A stretch of DNA of 64,000 nucleotides from Antedon mediterranea (taxonomy: Eukaryota > Animalia > Echinodermata), in the NCBI RefSeq assembly GCF_964355755.1, contig NC_092674.1, positions 21,080,001 to 21,144,000 of the forward strand. Reading direction: 5' to 3'. The translations under genes and the position numbers were made by a program. The notes below the pieces were generated by a model. It was not told the origin of the DNA. It worked only from the letters and a program-made list of their open reading frames with translations, and searched no databases. Each line of letters starts with the position of its first letter. The stretch's first letter is position 1. Positions 1-13,179 of the stretch are shown in pieces.

Positions 1-543
1 CATAATTTTTGTACGTAGACTACGAAAATGCATCTCACTTAAAAGTTCAGCTTTCTTTACGGATTGGGCAGCTTTACCCTAATAATGAACAAAATATATT
101 TGGATTATGAAGCCAATCTTAAATAATTAAACATATTCTATAATTATATTAAAGCGATAAAGATGAGGAAATCGGTGAGAATGGGAAAAAGACAAGCCAA
201 GATTCGGTACCTTTGTATTTTGTGTGTTAATTCTATTGTTAATCTAAGGACATTATATAATATACTGTAGATTTATAATAGAATAATACATTAGAACCCA
301 TTTAAAGCTCTGTCTACCAAACTGTATGTGACAAAAATATGTGATGTGCTCATATATGGAAGTGATGTCATCACTACCATATTTGGGCATATCAATACCA
401 TATTTGGGCATATCACTAACACATTTGTCAAACTAGTTTGATAATATAGACAGAGATTTAGACACACCAATTCACGGAACACTTTTGTTGTGTTCACTTT
501 GTTGGGATTTTATTGTAAATAAAGTTTCAGAAAATGAACTTAC

Positions 544-3500
544 AATGACTATTAGAGATTCAGTTTTGTCGTCATAATGTACAGACATTACCCCAGAAGA
601 TTTGACTAACTCGCGATGATGCTGATCATTTTGAGAACTGGAATGAAACAACAGAATTAATTGCAAAATAATCACAAAATAAACACAAAATAATCAAAAG
701 AATGAGATAATTACTACTAATGTGAAATAGATTGAAACTAAACCCAGGGCTAAAATTTGTAATTTCATCTAATAATTACATGTTCAATCAATTATTTCAT
801 TGAGTAAATAAATTTACTAAATAATTATTCAAGTTTTATCATTTTTTTTGTAATAATTCACAAGTCAGATAATGAATTTTTAATTCCAGTAGATGACATT
901 CCTCTACATACAAGTACTATATTAAAATCATTGACTTGCCTCTGATTTCTATCAATTTATAATGAAAATACATCACTTACTATGTTCGCAAGTCTTGCGG
1001 TACACTTATGGTAGCTTTGGTAAATGCATCGTTAGTTAACGGTGGACTGTAAAAAAAAGTGTAAATTAGGTAATAATGATGAGGTTGCTATTTACTTTCA
1101 AAATACCTCAACAATGAACAGGAAAATATCATTATAACTACACAATACCAACTATATATCACCAAACAGACTATTAACGCTTAAATATCACCACAACTAT
1201 CATCAACACCACTATAATTTAACACCTAACAATCACCACTAACTATCAACACCAAAATAACAAAACTGCTGTATCATACACCACTACTGTATATTTCAGT
1301 GTATAAGTCGCACCCCTAACTGAGAGTAAAATATCGGTATTTTTTATATCGTCGATGTATAAGACGTATTTTATATTTCAACAATGTTTTTTTAAAATTG
1401 TAATCAATATTATTGTAATAATATATTGTTATATCTACAACGGAGTCCTTTAGTTAGGGTTTTTCTTACCTAGGCTCGACCACTCCCAGCCTCAACAAGT
1501 TCTTTCTAACTTGTTATTCATGAGTTTCGCACCCGCAACATCGAGTGCATGACCGTGTGTGTAACATGCACGTATGTGGGCTAGCCTTGCTCGATCATTT
1601 CGAGAGGGCGCACGTTTTCACGGACAATCGTATTCGATTAGTATCAATGTATCCGAGAAGTGTATACGCTAGGTCCATGCTATAATCAACTGGAGAATAT
1701 ACTAGTCGAATACCATAGACCATGTGGCCGCCAAGAAGGGCTTGCGCTGGGGGTACGGCGGTCGGCGATCGTGCGTATAACTACAAATAAATACTATTCC
1801 AATCGTAAACGTTTACAAATGAAATTTTATCGGAGCGCCTAAAACAGCTCCATAATGAACAAATCTTTTCATCATATTTAGTATAACATCACGCTAAAAT
1901 GCCTGGAAAACTAGGCAGAAGCAGGTTGCCGTTACGTTAGTACACTGTAGCTAGCCTAGGCTAGGCCTAGCCAACGAGGTGACGATATGTACAATCTGTG
2001 TCGTGTGAGGCATAATGTTCGGTGTATAAGACGCACCCTTAATTTAGAGGTCAAATTTGCGTGTCAAAAGTGCGACTTATACACCAAAATATACGGTAAA
2101 TTACCAATCCATATAACTATAATTTAACAATGGGTCAGATGTTTCACTCGGACAATTGACATAATTTTGTAGTTTATACTAAGTACATTGAGAACAAGTA
2201 ATTCTCGGGTGGGACTCAAACCAATGACCTCGCATTTCGTATTCTCTAGACCACTAAGCTTGCGCTGATGGCTAGGGGTTACATTTTAACACTAATAATA
2301 TCATAACTAATAAGACCAAAATATCACAACTACTGTAATCAAAACCAAAATATCTAATACCAAAAAAATCACCACAATTTTCAACACCACAATGTCACAA
2401 CTACTGTAATCAACACCAACATTATTAATACCAAAAAAAATCGCCACAATTATCAACACCACAATGTCACCACAATTCTTGTTATCACTGTGAGCAACCA
2501 TCATCAATCAGCCTGTGGGTTATGTCCATCCACTGTGAATAGTGCAGAATTAGTAGAAACATAATGCTAAATTATGGTAGATGAACATTCTGATTTACTT
2601 AAGATTTAATTTATTTGAAATGACTTACTTTCTATTCTTGGGTCTCAAACGATCTTTTTGCACTATTTCATTGTAGGTGTTATCCCATCCTACATACTCT
2701 ATTACATAAAACTGCAATAAAAAAACAGAACACAGTTTATATAATTTCCATTTCAGCACAATAATGCGTATACTAGATGGTAATACAGTATTAGAAAAAT
2801 ACATCAATTTTATGAAAATGCTAAAATATTTTTTAAGGTACAATTGACATACATAGTGTTGTATACCCTTGTTTTTTTGTATCTGTTTCAGATAAGTTTA
2901 ATACAGTACATTTTATAAACTCTGTTTACTATTAAATTAATTAATAATTAAATTGAAATTTTAAAAATAGCAATGCAGGTATAGATCAGTACATTATACT
3001 AGACATACATTAATGCTATTTCACCTACCTGACTAGACATATTGTAAAACAGCCAACTGACCATTGCCTTAAATAGAGCTGATCAGCTTATTGCTGTTAA
3101 TATAGTAATTTAATTACCAACTCCATATGTTGCTTTGTTAAAAGGTTACACCTGGTTCTAATGACAAGTCCAACCCTTTAGATGAATTATGGGAATGACA
3201 TCCCTATACATTTAGCTAACATTAAAAATAACATTTTGTCATAAAAAAATTAGACTTTACAACACTCAAATTAGCTTTAAATCATTTTTATGATTTTTAT
3301 TAATTTAAGGTCCGAATAAAACAACTCAACAAAACATGGAATCGTTGGAATAACCATAATTAGCCTAGATCAGTTTCAGTTGCCTGGTGATTTTTCATAT
3401 CATTGCCTGCCTAGCTAGGCCTGGGATTGTTTGGTTGTTGTTGACATAATTATAATAGGTGTTAAAACAAATAATGAATGTTTTAGAGAATATTTCGCTT

Positions 3501-6500
3501 GTTTGAACAACAACTCCCTGGTTTGAACAATAGACTGGTGTATATTAAACTCATATGGCAGTCAATATTTCAACTAATGAAATATTCTTCACCATCCAAC
3601 TCATAAACATGCATTATTTGTATACTACTAATCAACCATTCAAATTTGCTGTAAAATTAAATAAAAGAAACTTAAGGGCCAGGAATGCAGTCAAATTTAG
3701 AATGAAGGAATTCAGTTTATTATGGTACTTGCTAAGCAAGTTGGTAACATGCCAAGAGGCCCAAAGCGTATTGTTTTCAAAGTTCTTTTATTTGTTTTCA
3801 AATCCATTCATCATTTGTCGCCAGCGTATATTTCAGAGTTAATGAAGTTTCGCTCGGCGACCTCGTTCCCTCCGGTCTACGTCTGACTTAACCACTCTTG
3901 ACTATTATCCACGGTGTAGATTGAAGTCATGTGGGGAGCGATGTTTCGTGGCCGCTGCTCCAAAATTGTGGAACTCTTTGCCTTTGGTGATTCGTGAGTC
4001 CCTCCGTTTCGATCTTCAAAGCTCAATTGAAAACTCACTTGTTTCGTTCTGTGTGAATTCATTTTTTTTTCTCATACATTTTATTCACTTTATTGTTTGT
4101 TAGGCAGGATAGTCAGATGCTCACATCACTATGACACTTGTGAATAAAAACAGTGTGGTGATGTGAGATTCCGTTTTCGGATTTTTCTGTTGTCTTGGTT
4201 AATTTATTCGGTTTTTAGGCTATTTCGTGGTTTACAGTATTTTATATCAAAATTTTTTCATTTTCACACTTGTACTAAACAGCGCATAGAGACTACAGTA
4301 GAACCTCCATTTTACGTACGGTACGGGACCGAAAGGCGTACGTAAAACAAAGGATTCGTAAAATCAAGGTTGACCTTAAATTGACCCCAAATACGTAGAG
4401 ATCGTAGCTATAAAGGCTACCCTGTTTGTCTACTTTATTGAACAGCATGCAGGTTGTCACTAGCTAGGCCCTTGCCTAGACTATTCAGGCCAGGCTAGCA
4501 GGCCTAGCAAGATGTGAGGCCTAACTAGAAAAGTACAGTACTGTACAGTATATACAGGCTGTGAGATGTTTAAATAAAGTGTAAAATATCACTGTTCTTG
4601 TATTTTCTATCAATAAAAACAGTCGCTGCTTAAATGCACGTGCGTAGCTTGACTCAAACACACAGCAGAATTCCACACACAGCCATGATTGTGGCTTTGT
4701 GTGCTTTGTTGTTGTTAAACTGCGCCCTCAATGTAAGAAAATGATGACGTCATCGGTTATTTTAAGCGTACGTAAAATCAAGGGAACGTAAAATCAGGGT
4801 ACGTAAAACACATGTTCTACTGTATTTGTATTTTGCGCTATATAAATTTTAAACCATAAACCATAAACCATGTATAATTAATATTATTAACAGTAGATAG
4901 GGCTCTGGTTTGCCAGCAAGTGGTGTTTTTGTAAAATTATATTTAATGGTTACATTTTAAATTAAATTTATATTTCTATATTATACAATTGACTTGCTCT
5001 CTGGCAGAACAGCATCTGTATTTGTGCAGAAGACACTACGGTCCACGTATAAAGAATAAATAAGATAAATAGCAAGAGAAGTTAAATGTGTTCCGCTCCT
5101 GGCAAGTCTGTGGTTTATGATGTTGTTGATTATTGTTATTATGAGATATAGAAAATAAATGAAATACCTACCTCTCCCTTCGCATCTTGTACCTTAGCAC
5201 TCCACCAACCACACGGTTCTCCTTCACAAGATCGAGAGTACACCTGTAAATAAAGTAACAATAGCAGCGACATGAAGATTAAGGAGTCTATTGTGTACTG
5301 TCCACATTTTCTAATTAATATTTTAAATAAAAATAACTTTACCTCAACTTCATCGTTGGCCTGAAGTTCACCAAAGTCATCAGTTCCTTCAGGCGGCATA
5401 CGGACATTCGAGAAGAGCACTTGACGTGGAGGAGTCCAACTTTATAAAAAAAACATAAAACTGTATGAGTATGGTATAAAATTATAGTATTTTGGATAAC
5501 AAAAACAGAATAATTCCATAGACTAAATTTGAGTGATAAAAATGTGAGTGACAGTTTCAACACACAAAGTGTGCCTATAGGTCTTTTATAGAGGTGTCCC
5601 ATGATTAGAGGTCTGTACTGTATAATTAAAAGTATATATTTCTCCTTTCCAGGGGAAAATGTCCCCTGAATTGTCTCCTGCAGGGAAAAATTTCATTTTA
5701 AAAATTTATTTAGCAATATTGCTAATCAAACTGATTTATGAGTCGAGAAACATAGTTTTGAATTGTATTTTTTTCTATGCTACACTGGCGAAATTATTCC
5801 CTGTCCTGAATAGAGATTTCCCTCCCCCGAATAGGGATTGCCCTCCCCCGAATAGGGATTGCCCTCCCCCCGAATAGGGATTGCCCTCCCCCCGAATAGG
5901 GATTGCCCTCCCCCCGAATAGGGATTGCCCTCCCCCCGAATAGGGATTGCCCTCCCCCCGAATAGGGATTGCCCTCCCCCCGAATAGGGATTGCCCTCCC
6001 CCCGAATAGGGATTGCCCTCCCCCCGAATAGGGATTGCCCTCCCCCCGAATAGGGATTGCCCTCCCCCCGAATAGGGATTGCCCTCCCCCCGAATAGGGA
6101 TTGCCCTCCCCCCGAATAGGGATTGCCCTCCCCCGAATAGGGATTGCCCTCCCCCGAATAGGGATTGCCCTCCCCCTGAATAGCGATTGCCCTCCCCTGA
6201 ATAGCGATTGCCCTCCCCCGAATAGGGATTGCCCTCCCCCCGAATAGGGATTGTCCTCCCCCAGAATAGGGATTGCCCTCCCCCAGTATAGGGATTACAT
6301 CTAAAAAAGAAAATGTTTTTTTTTTAATTACCAATACTTACTCATTTTCAAATGCTACAGTGACTTCCTCATCATGAATGTCACGAAGAAATCCCTGAAA
6401 AAAAAAGTTGAATCATTATTAATTCAGTAAATAAAATAACTTATTTTCAGGCCTTGTCTTTTGAAAATTATAGGTGTGCTACAAATTGCACTCCTCAATA

Positions 6501-9500
6501 CATTCAGGGCTGCTGTACTGTAGTGTGCTGTATATGTTGGTGTGTAGAAGTTTACCAAATTTAAGCATGTTGTAAATCGCACACCTCAAGGGCAGTTTAG
6601 GAGTGTGTTAGGTGAGTGATCGCACTCGACTCGCCTTAAAAGACAAGGCCTGTTATTTTATTAAGCTTTTATATCATTACCGTAGTTCCCCGGGTATAAT
6701 CCCACCCCCTTGCACGTGAAATTTGCCCGAATTTGGGAGGTGGGACTATACCCAGGGTTTCCCGGTGCATGAACTGAAAATGACAATATTTCTTCTGGCT
6801 ACGATTTAGGCTATCTAAAGCTATATTCCGATGTAGGCCTAGACATTAGACTGCCAGTGCCAGGTCATCTAGCTCTGTGCAAATCGCATGTTGTTGCATG
6901 TAACACGAACTACAGTACTGCTCTGGTCGGTATAGAGGGCGGGTTTTTTTTTTATGGTAATCAAGCATGCAGTATAGTGTAAACAAGGCATGCAGAATGT
7001 ACACGGCGAGCGAGTGTGCGGCGAATGCATGATGTGCAGAACGCGAAGATCGGGGCGATGATATTAAGGTTGTATTCAACTTTACGATGGCCAATGTTTG
7101 ATGAGTTTTAAGTCAACCGAATTCAGAGAAATTACTCTATTTTTTGGTGAGAATTTCTTTAAAACAAAATCAATGTCGGCCTAGCTAGCTAGGCCTACCT
7201 CTGTCCTAATGATAAATTATACACTGGGACTTTGCCCGGAGATATGCTTGCGTGCGAAGGTAATCGTAAAGTCGGGGGTGGGATTATACTCGAGGTGGGA
7301 TTATACCCGAGGAACTACGGTAATAGAAAGTCATATAAAGTTCGACAAAGCAATTTCAAAATATCTACATAGAAATCAAATTGAAATTAGGTGAATCTTC
7401 ACAATATTGTTTTCATAACAACAACATAATTATCTGAATTTACATTTGGACAGTTTGTCATTAAGTAAAACTTCAGCCATGAAATCAAATTAACATACTG
7501 TACACACGTATGTGCCTGTTGTTAATGAACTTTAAATGTTAGGATATTATGTGTATAAAACAAACATAACCCATTCCTAACCTAAGCACAAGTCTCACTA
7601 ATGAGGCTTCAAGTCAAAATCATAAGGTATATCATTACACACTAAGAGATCAAGTTGCCTTCCAGTCAAATTCCAATCATAGTTTTTAAAGAGGAAAATA
7701 GTCAACTATTAATTACTGTATGATGTTTGCATTGTGTATTATCATCTACATTATTGAAAATTCGGTAATATTTTGGCATGACTTTCCATATAATAAAATT
7801 CAAATTATTTTTTAAGGCGTCAAGATGGTTTAAATAAATTAGAGAAAAGTTACAGTAATATTAATAAGCCTCTAAAAAAATATAGTACATTTAGTCCTTT
7901 AAACAAGTTTATTTTCGACACTATTAGTATTATGCAATTGTCTGTCAAAATGTTGACACATGAAAATCAGAAATTAGAAGTTTATAATATTTACATTAAA
8001 TCTGAATTAAAATCATGTTGAAAAGGGCTCAAAACACTAGAGCGGTCGGTGACTTTTCCCATCAAGACCCTCTTTCCCAGTGTTGGAGGGGCCCTTACAG
8101 TAGATTGCCAAAATCAATGGTCTTCAGTTTCTGTGTTATGCCACTCTGCGTAGATAATTAACATGTCATGACTACATCCTTAAGAATGATGTTACAGATG
8201 ATGGGCTCCTCATCAGTCTCAAGACAGTAGACATGGCAAGATCCTCTGGATCACCAACCTGATCATCTTTAGTCTTAAAGATGAGATGAGATGATGAGAT
8301 AGAGGTTGATTTATCTGATCATTCTCTACTAAATCGTATCAATCTGATCATCTACACTTAAACATTGTGCATATGTTCCATGTATGTCATTTAAATTTGA
8401 AATTAATTTATAAATAATAATTAAAAGACGCTGTCACTGAGTTATTTTTAGATAATTTTTAATAAGTTTCTAAATGTTACAAATTTTCGAAGTCATTATT
8501 AAATTTCAGAAAATAATAATCCAAAATAGATTATTGAATTCCTTTTTAGTAACATTATGTTTGCTACCCAAACACGTCATGCTCAACAATTCTCATCCAT
8601 ATTTACATCACAGAGTTTGGTTGTAGGGAGGTCATTTTGCTACCATCAAATATGAATTTTTTGGGATCCTTTTGCCGTCTAGTGGTAGTAAGTTGTGAAT
8701 GTAGCATGCTGTATATTGTAACAATAATATGGTGATGATTTGCAATGTTACCTTCTTTCTAAAAAGGAGATATTAAGAATATTAGTTGCTTAACAAAGGC
8801 GTAGTAGAGGCAGAGTAGCATATTTAAATTTGCATTAAGTTAGGGACTACTGTAGGCCTGGTCACATGATTTTTAGTAGTTTTCTTATTCTTCCTCCCAG
8901 CTGTATAGTAGGGAGTAAGTTACAGCTGGTCTAGACGCAGTCAATTTCATCATTTCTTTTTCGCCGTGGTTAGGATTCCAGCACCGGAACTCAACTGCCC
9001 AGCGTTAGGGAATACGACACGCTATTGCGCATGCACAGAGCGAAGTAATTATAGCTTGCACTGGTGTCACAGACCGCACACCACACCGAGAGTCAGAACG
9101 TTAACTAGATTTAGTCGTCGTGCGAGAGCGATGAATGAAATAATTAAAATAATAATAATAATGCTGTAATTTTATTAGACAGAGAATTGAAAGTATGAAG
9201 TTCGGAAACGGAAAAAACACAGGCCTGCCCTAGTGTCAAAACGAGCGATGCGCCTCATCCTCTCTCTGCCTGTTATGTATCTGTGGTTCACACTACTAGT
9301 ATGTAATGATTATGTACTTGTCAATTGTATGACCCACTATACGACCCCCGCGAGAGGTGCGTCATGGGTGCGTCATTTACAAATAATTACTGACGCAGGG
9401 GTGCGTCAAAAAACCTAGATGGTACGTCACATCAATGAACAAGGTGTGTCAATGTCCGTCACTTTACCACCCACCATATCATAAACAACATGGTCACAGT

Positions 9501-10905
9501 GCGTCAAAATGGGTGCGTCATGGTCACCTAAAAGTTAGTCACATTTTTTACACACGGGTGCGTCATGGTATTCAAAGGTCGACGCACATCGGACAAATGA
9601 CGCACCTCTCCCGGGGGTCGTACAGTGGGTCATACAATTGACAAGTGCATTATTTATAATATATGTTTATGTTTTTGTAAATGGAAATAAAGAAACAAAC
9701 AAACATCAAGGTAGAAAGGAATGGACTCTGTACTGTTTTAAGCATATATTCTTGCGTATTTTAAGAAATGTACGAAAGGGAATAGCGTTGCGACCCCGAC
9801 TCCCCGAACAGTTTTGTTTTTTTCGCATCTGCGTCAATAAATCAACTTGGTACGATTGCTGTATGCACAGTATAATGCGTTATATGAAATCTTTTATTTT
9901 GTACTTAAAAAAATCATAAAACTAGTCATGTAATTATAATTCATATATGAATGAAGCAACCACTTTTTTAATTACAAAATAAATAGGCAAATGGTGTGGT
10001 CACATCTAGCTGGTACTACTACTAGTATTACTAGTTAGTAGGCATCTAGACTAGTCCTACTAGCCTAGTAGCTATTTTACGCCGTGGAGGAGTCATGATG
10101 AATGATCCATCGCTGTATAGTCTGTAGAGTAGAGAGGCACCGAATACTCTTCACTCTGCGCATGCGCAATATTGTGTCGGATTCCCTAAAACGACGGGCA
10201 GTCGAGTTCCGGTGCCGGAATCCTAACCACGGCGTTTCTTTTTAGTGAACAAGTTTAATTTGTTGTTAGTTAATTTAAAATAGATTTAGTAGGAATCTAA
10301 GATTAACAGAGTTACAAAGATAACCTAAGCATTGCCTACACTAATTATTGGGATAAATATTTGCTGTGTGAAGCTGCCCTATTCCATATCCACAAACAAG
10401 GAGGGTCTCAACAACCCCAAACAGGCCAGGCCAGACACGTTTTTTTTTTTCAATAAAACAGAAAAGGCGCGACGATCTATTTTGTACATAAAGATATCCA
10501 AACATGCATTCATTAAAAAAAAAACAATGTTTGGTATTGCGTATAAACAATTATTTTATCACAAGATTTGTGAGATATTTATTAAATTTAGCTGTTCTAT
10601 ACTCGTCGATCACCTTCGCTACCGCCACATTTGCTTTTGTAATCTGTAGGCGAAACCGGCCTGCACGCGGCGGTCAGCAACCGAACCGCTCTCTCCTCAT
10701 CACAACGCATCGCCGCCTGCTTCAGATCAAACCCTAAAATCTCAAAACAACAACAACCTTATTGTGTTCTAATTGTTCTAAAAGCTGACAAAATACTTGA
10801 GTTTACAAACAACTTTCTTTAAATATGCAATCTGAATACAATCGTTACAAATACCTTGTAATAAGCTCCGTTAACTCCACAAATTTCTACCGTAGGGTTT
10901 TCCAT
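544..10905 (-). CDS. FMR1: FMR1/FXR-family RNA-binding protein, N-terminal 7 coding exons (tandem Agenet/Tudor plus KH0 region); gene continues off the left edge
   Basis: Exons 10855-10905, 6342-6394, 5343-5439, 5172-5243, 2629-2711, 981-1046 and 544-637, all GT-AG and phase-compatible. They give MENPTVEICGVNGAYYKGFLRDIHDEEVTVAFENDWTPPRQVLFSNVRMPP...[52 protein letters not shown]...VPQDLR..., matching the FMRP/FXR1 N-terminus from recall. Probably the single invertebrate co-ortholog of FMR1/FXR1/FXR2. Confidence 0.95.
1287..2096. mobile_element. Non-autonomous Tc1/mariner (pogo-like) MITE
   Basis: 27-bp TIRs CTGTATATTTCAGTGTATAAGTCGCAC / CCGTATATTTTGGTGTATAAGTCGCAC, TA on both sides, subterminal GTATAAGACG repeats. 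Confidence 0.85.
3895..4871 (+). mobile_element. 3' end of an L2/CR1-group LINE, interrupted by a MITE
   Basis: Translation GERCFVAAAPKLWNSLPLVIRES is typical of the L2/CR1 ORF2 C-terminus. 3' stem AGCGCA (4281) / TGCGCT (4834) followed by an (AAACCAT)3 tail. Confidence 0.7.
4296..4822. mobile_element. Tigger/pogo-like MITE
   Basis: TIRs CAGTAGAAC-N5-TTTTACGTAC at both ends, TA TSD, internal ACGTAAAATCA repeats. Confidence 0.85.
5807..6297. repeat. 22-bp G/C-skewed minisatellite, about 22 copies
   Basis: Unit GGGATTGCCCTCCCCCCGAATA, near-identical copies, located in FMR1 intron 2. Confidence 0.95.
6680..7320. mobile_element. pogo-like Tc1/mariner MITE
   Basis: 27-bp TIRs CCGTAGTTCC(C/T)CGGGTATAATCCCACC with 1 mismatch, TA TSD. 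Confidence 0.9.
8962..10234. mobile_element. Mutator-like non-autonomous element
   Basis: ~85-bp imperfect TIRs starting CGCCGTGGTTAGGATTCC; 9-bp TSD TTTCTTTTT at 8953-8961 and 10235-10243. Confidence 0.85.
9315..9647. mobile_element. TIR element nested in the Mutator-like element
   Basis: ~50-bp TIRs ACTTGTCAATTGTATGACCCACT(A/G)TACGACCCCCG..AGAGGTGCGTCAT and many internal GTGCGTCA motifs. TSD not resolved. Confidence 0.75.
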
Positions 10906-11563
10906 CTTGGAAACGTAATGAATTGTGGGAAACATTCAGTATGATTTTTTTTCTTTATTCACACAGCCGCCGTTTTTAGAAATCGTTGGAATACCAAAAC
11001 ACCGCATCATCAACTTGTATTTCATCATAATATTATTGTAATTTATTTTTAAATAAATTAATTTACAGTTTTATAATAAAAGATCCCATTTATTTGCAAT
11101 TTTAAACCTTTGATAAACAATCTGTTAAAATAGTTATCGATGACGTAATTAATTGTTTAGTCAGAAATGTGCATAGGCCTAATTGGGAATTCCCAATTTC
11201 TGACAATCCGGACAAGAAGCAATTCGTGAATCATCAAAAAAGGTTCGACTTCCTTGCTCTGTGCACCATCCAGTATCTACATAATATAAAATAAAATACC
11301 AGTCTATCCTTCAAAATACATCCCTGCGGCCTTGTAGGCCTATTAAACTTTCTAAACATAACTATATTGCGGAGCGCTTGTTTTGATAAAATGTTATGTT
11401 TGTATTTTTAAATGTATTTAAATGACTTGGCAGACGTTTTGACTTCCTTCCTACATTTAATTAAAACGTACTATAACCGATCGCGGTAGGCCTATATAGC
11501 GTAACTGCAAATTTAAAAAAATGTGAATATTATTTGGATACCAAAAAATCCATATTGTGGTAC

Positions 11564-12917
11564 TTAGGTTTTTCTAATGATAAAATGATGTAATTTCCTG
11601 CGAACTTTGATGTAGAAGACGTAAAAAAATGCTTTTCTAAAACTTTCATTTACTACAGATATATCAAAGGATTTACATATGAATTTAGATATAAATCCTA
11701 AACGACAAATATTTAAAAACAACGAAAGTGCAATATCCAAGATTATAAAAAAAAGGAAAAATATCCCTAACATAAACGGTACCATGCAGATAACATAAAC
11801 TGTGACTGTCACAAAAACTGTACAGAATATTTTTCTCTCAGATTTCAAACGTGGATCGGTCTTGAATGAATTAGGCACGGTATTGCGGGAGTTTCTAAAG
11901 AATAGAACATACACGACGAATACAAAACTGCAATAAGTTAACCACAATTTAGTGACAGGAGTAACGTTAAAAATCCAAATAATGTCATACAGTTTTTGGT
12001 AGCTTTTCTATTAAAGGCCAGGTGCGGGCAAAAAAATGCAGTTATTTCCTACTTCATCAACCGTATATGGAACATAAATTATTTCTGCAATGGGTACCAC
12101 AATTACCAAAACAAAGTACAACACAAATCTCAAGAAGAGATAACAGGTTTATTACATGTGTCAGTAATTTTTTATATTTATTTTTTATTTTCTTTAGGCC
12201 CTATTATATTGACAGTATAGTAACACAACACACATTTTAGATTGGGTCTATTATTTCGCTAAATTAATGTACTCTTCAATGATTTACAATAGCAAATGTA
12301 GGTTAAAAACCAAGAGGTCGACTATTATCTTCAAGATAGACATTCATCATAAATGGATTATTATTTTTTAATATATTCTACCATAATGTGTTTCACTGAA
12401 CTGGCGTAATGACCGAATGCAAACGTTTTAAATTCAATTTAAAACTCGTACATAAAAAATATCGGCGGTATCCTGTCGTCAAAGTGTCTTGTCGGCCAAT
12501 AGTCTGTCGGTCAAATGTCTGTCGGCCAAATGTCTGTCGGCTAATTGCCTGTCGGCTAAATGGTTTTCGGCGAAATGTCCTGTCGGCGAAATGTCTTGTC
12601 GGCGAAATGTCCGGTCGGCGAATAGTCCGGTCGGCGAATAGTCTGTCGGTCAGTGGTCTGTCGGCGAAATGGCGTTCGGCAAAACGTCCCGTCACCGTAT
12701 CAGCTACTGCCAAATTGGCTAGATACACGTACGCTGATGTATGTAGTTGTATCACTATTACGATGAATGTCGTCATGTTTCCGACAATTCTAAAGGCGAC
12801 CATAACAGGAATGATATTGTAACGTAAAATCATCTCCCAGTCACTAAAAAGGAACATGTCTATGCAGGAATCATATTCAGTTGTGAAATGTTGAACACCC
12901 GTATTCAGATGCATCAT
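11564..12917 (-). pseudogene. Single-exon rhodopsin-like (class A) GPCR pseudogene
   Basis: TM1 IVGN, TM2 YLANLAVAD, TM6 ERKIFCTVFVTVTVYVICMVPF, TM7 YLNSYVNPLIY (11659-11673, shifted frame) and helix 8 NESFRKAF. Many stops and frameshifts, plus an insertion at 12463-12697. Confidence 0.8.
12463..12697. mobile_element. Unclassified small insertion built of ~19-bp TGTCGGCGAAATGTC-like tandem units
   Basis: CGG(C/T)G termini, possible TAT/ATA 3-bp duplication, interrupts GPCR TM2. Confidence 0.6.
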
Positions 12918-13179
12918 AATGATGCATTGTTACCTGAAAGTGACATTTTCTTTGTTTTTTGAAAATATTTCCAAACTAAAAATCGGAAGTAAAATTGTGT
13001 TTCTAATTAATGATACATGTAATCCCTGAGTGGACTGACTGGATCGCAATAAAGAATCGATGCGCTTCCTTTGTGTACGTACACAATTCTGAATTAATTC
13101 TTATTATAAAGATATATATCATCTTATACAAGAATGGGACATTAAAGAGGGCGCTCTAAAAGTATGGAGAGAGATTTGT

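Noticed and set aside
5807-6297. CRISPR-like periodicity (also 16360-16560, 20440-20740 and 53866-53985)
   Set aside because: Head-to-tail repeats without unique spacers, no cas genes, eukaryotic context.
5780-6334. 184-aa Gly-rich ORF
   Set aside because: Translation of the 22-bp minisatellite inside an intron; no splice or start context.
10960-10975. CGG repeat in the FMR1 5' region
   Set aside because: Only two CGG units; not a repeat tract.
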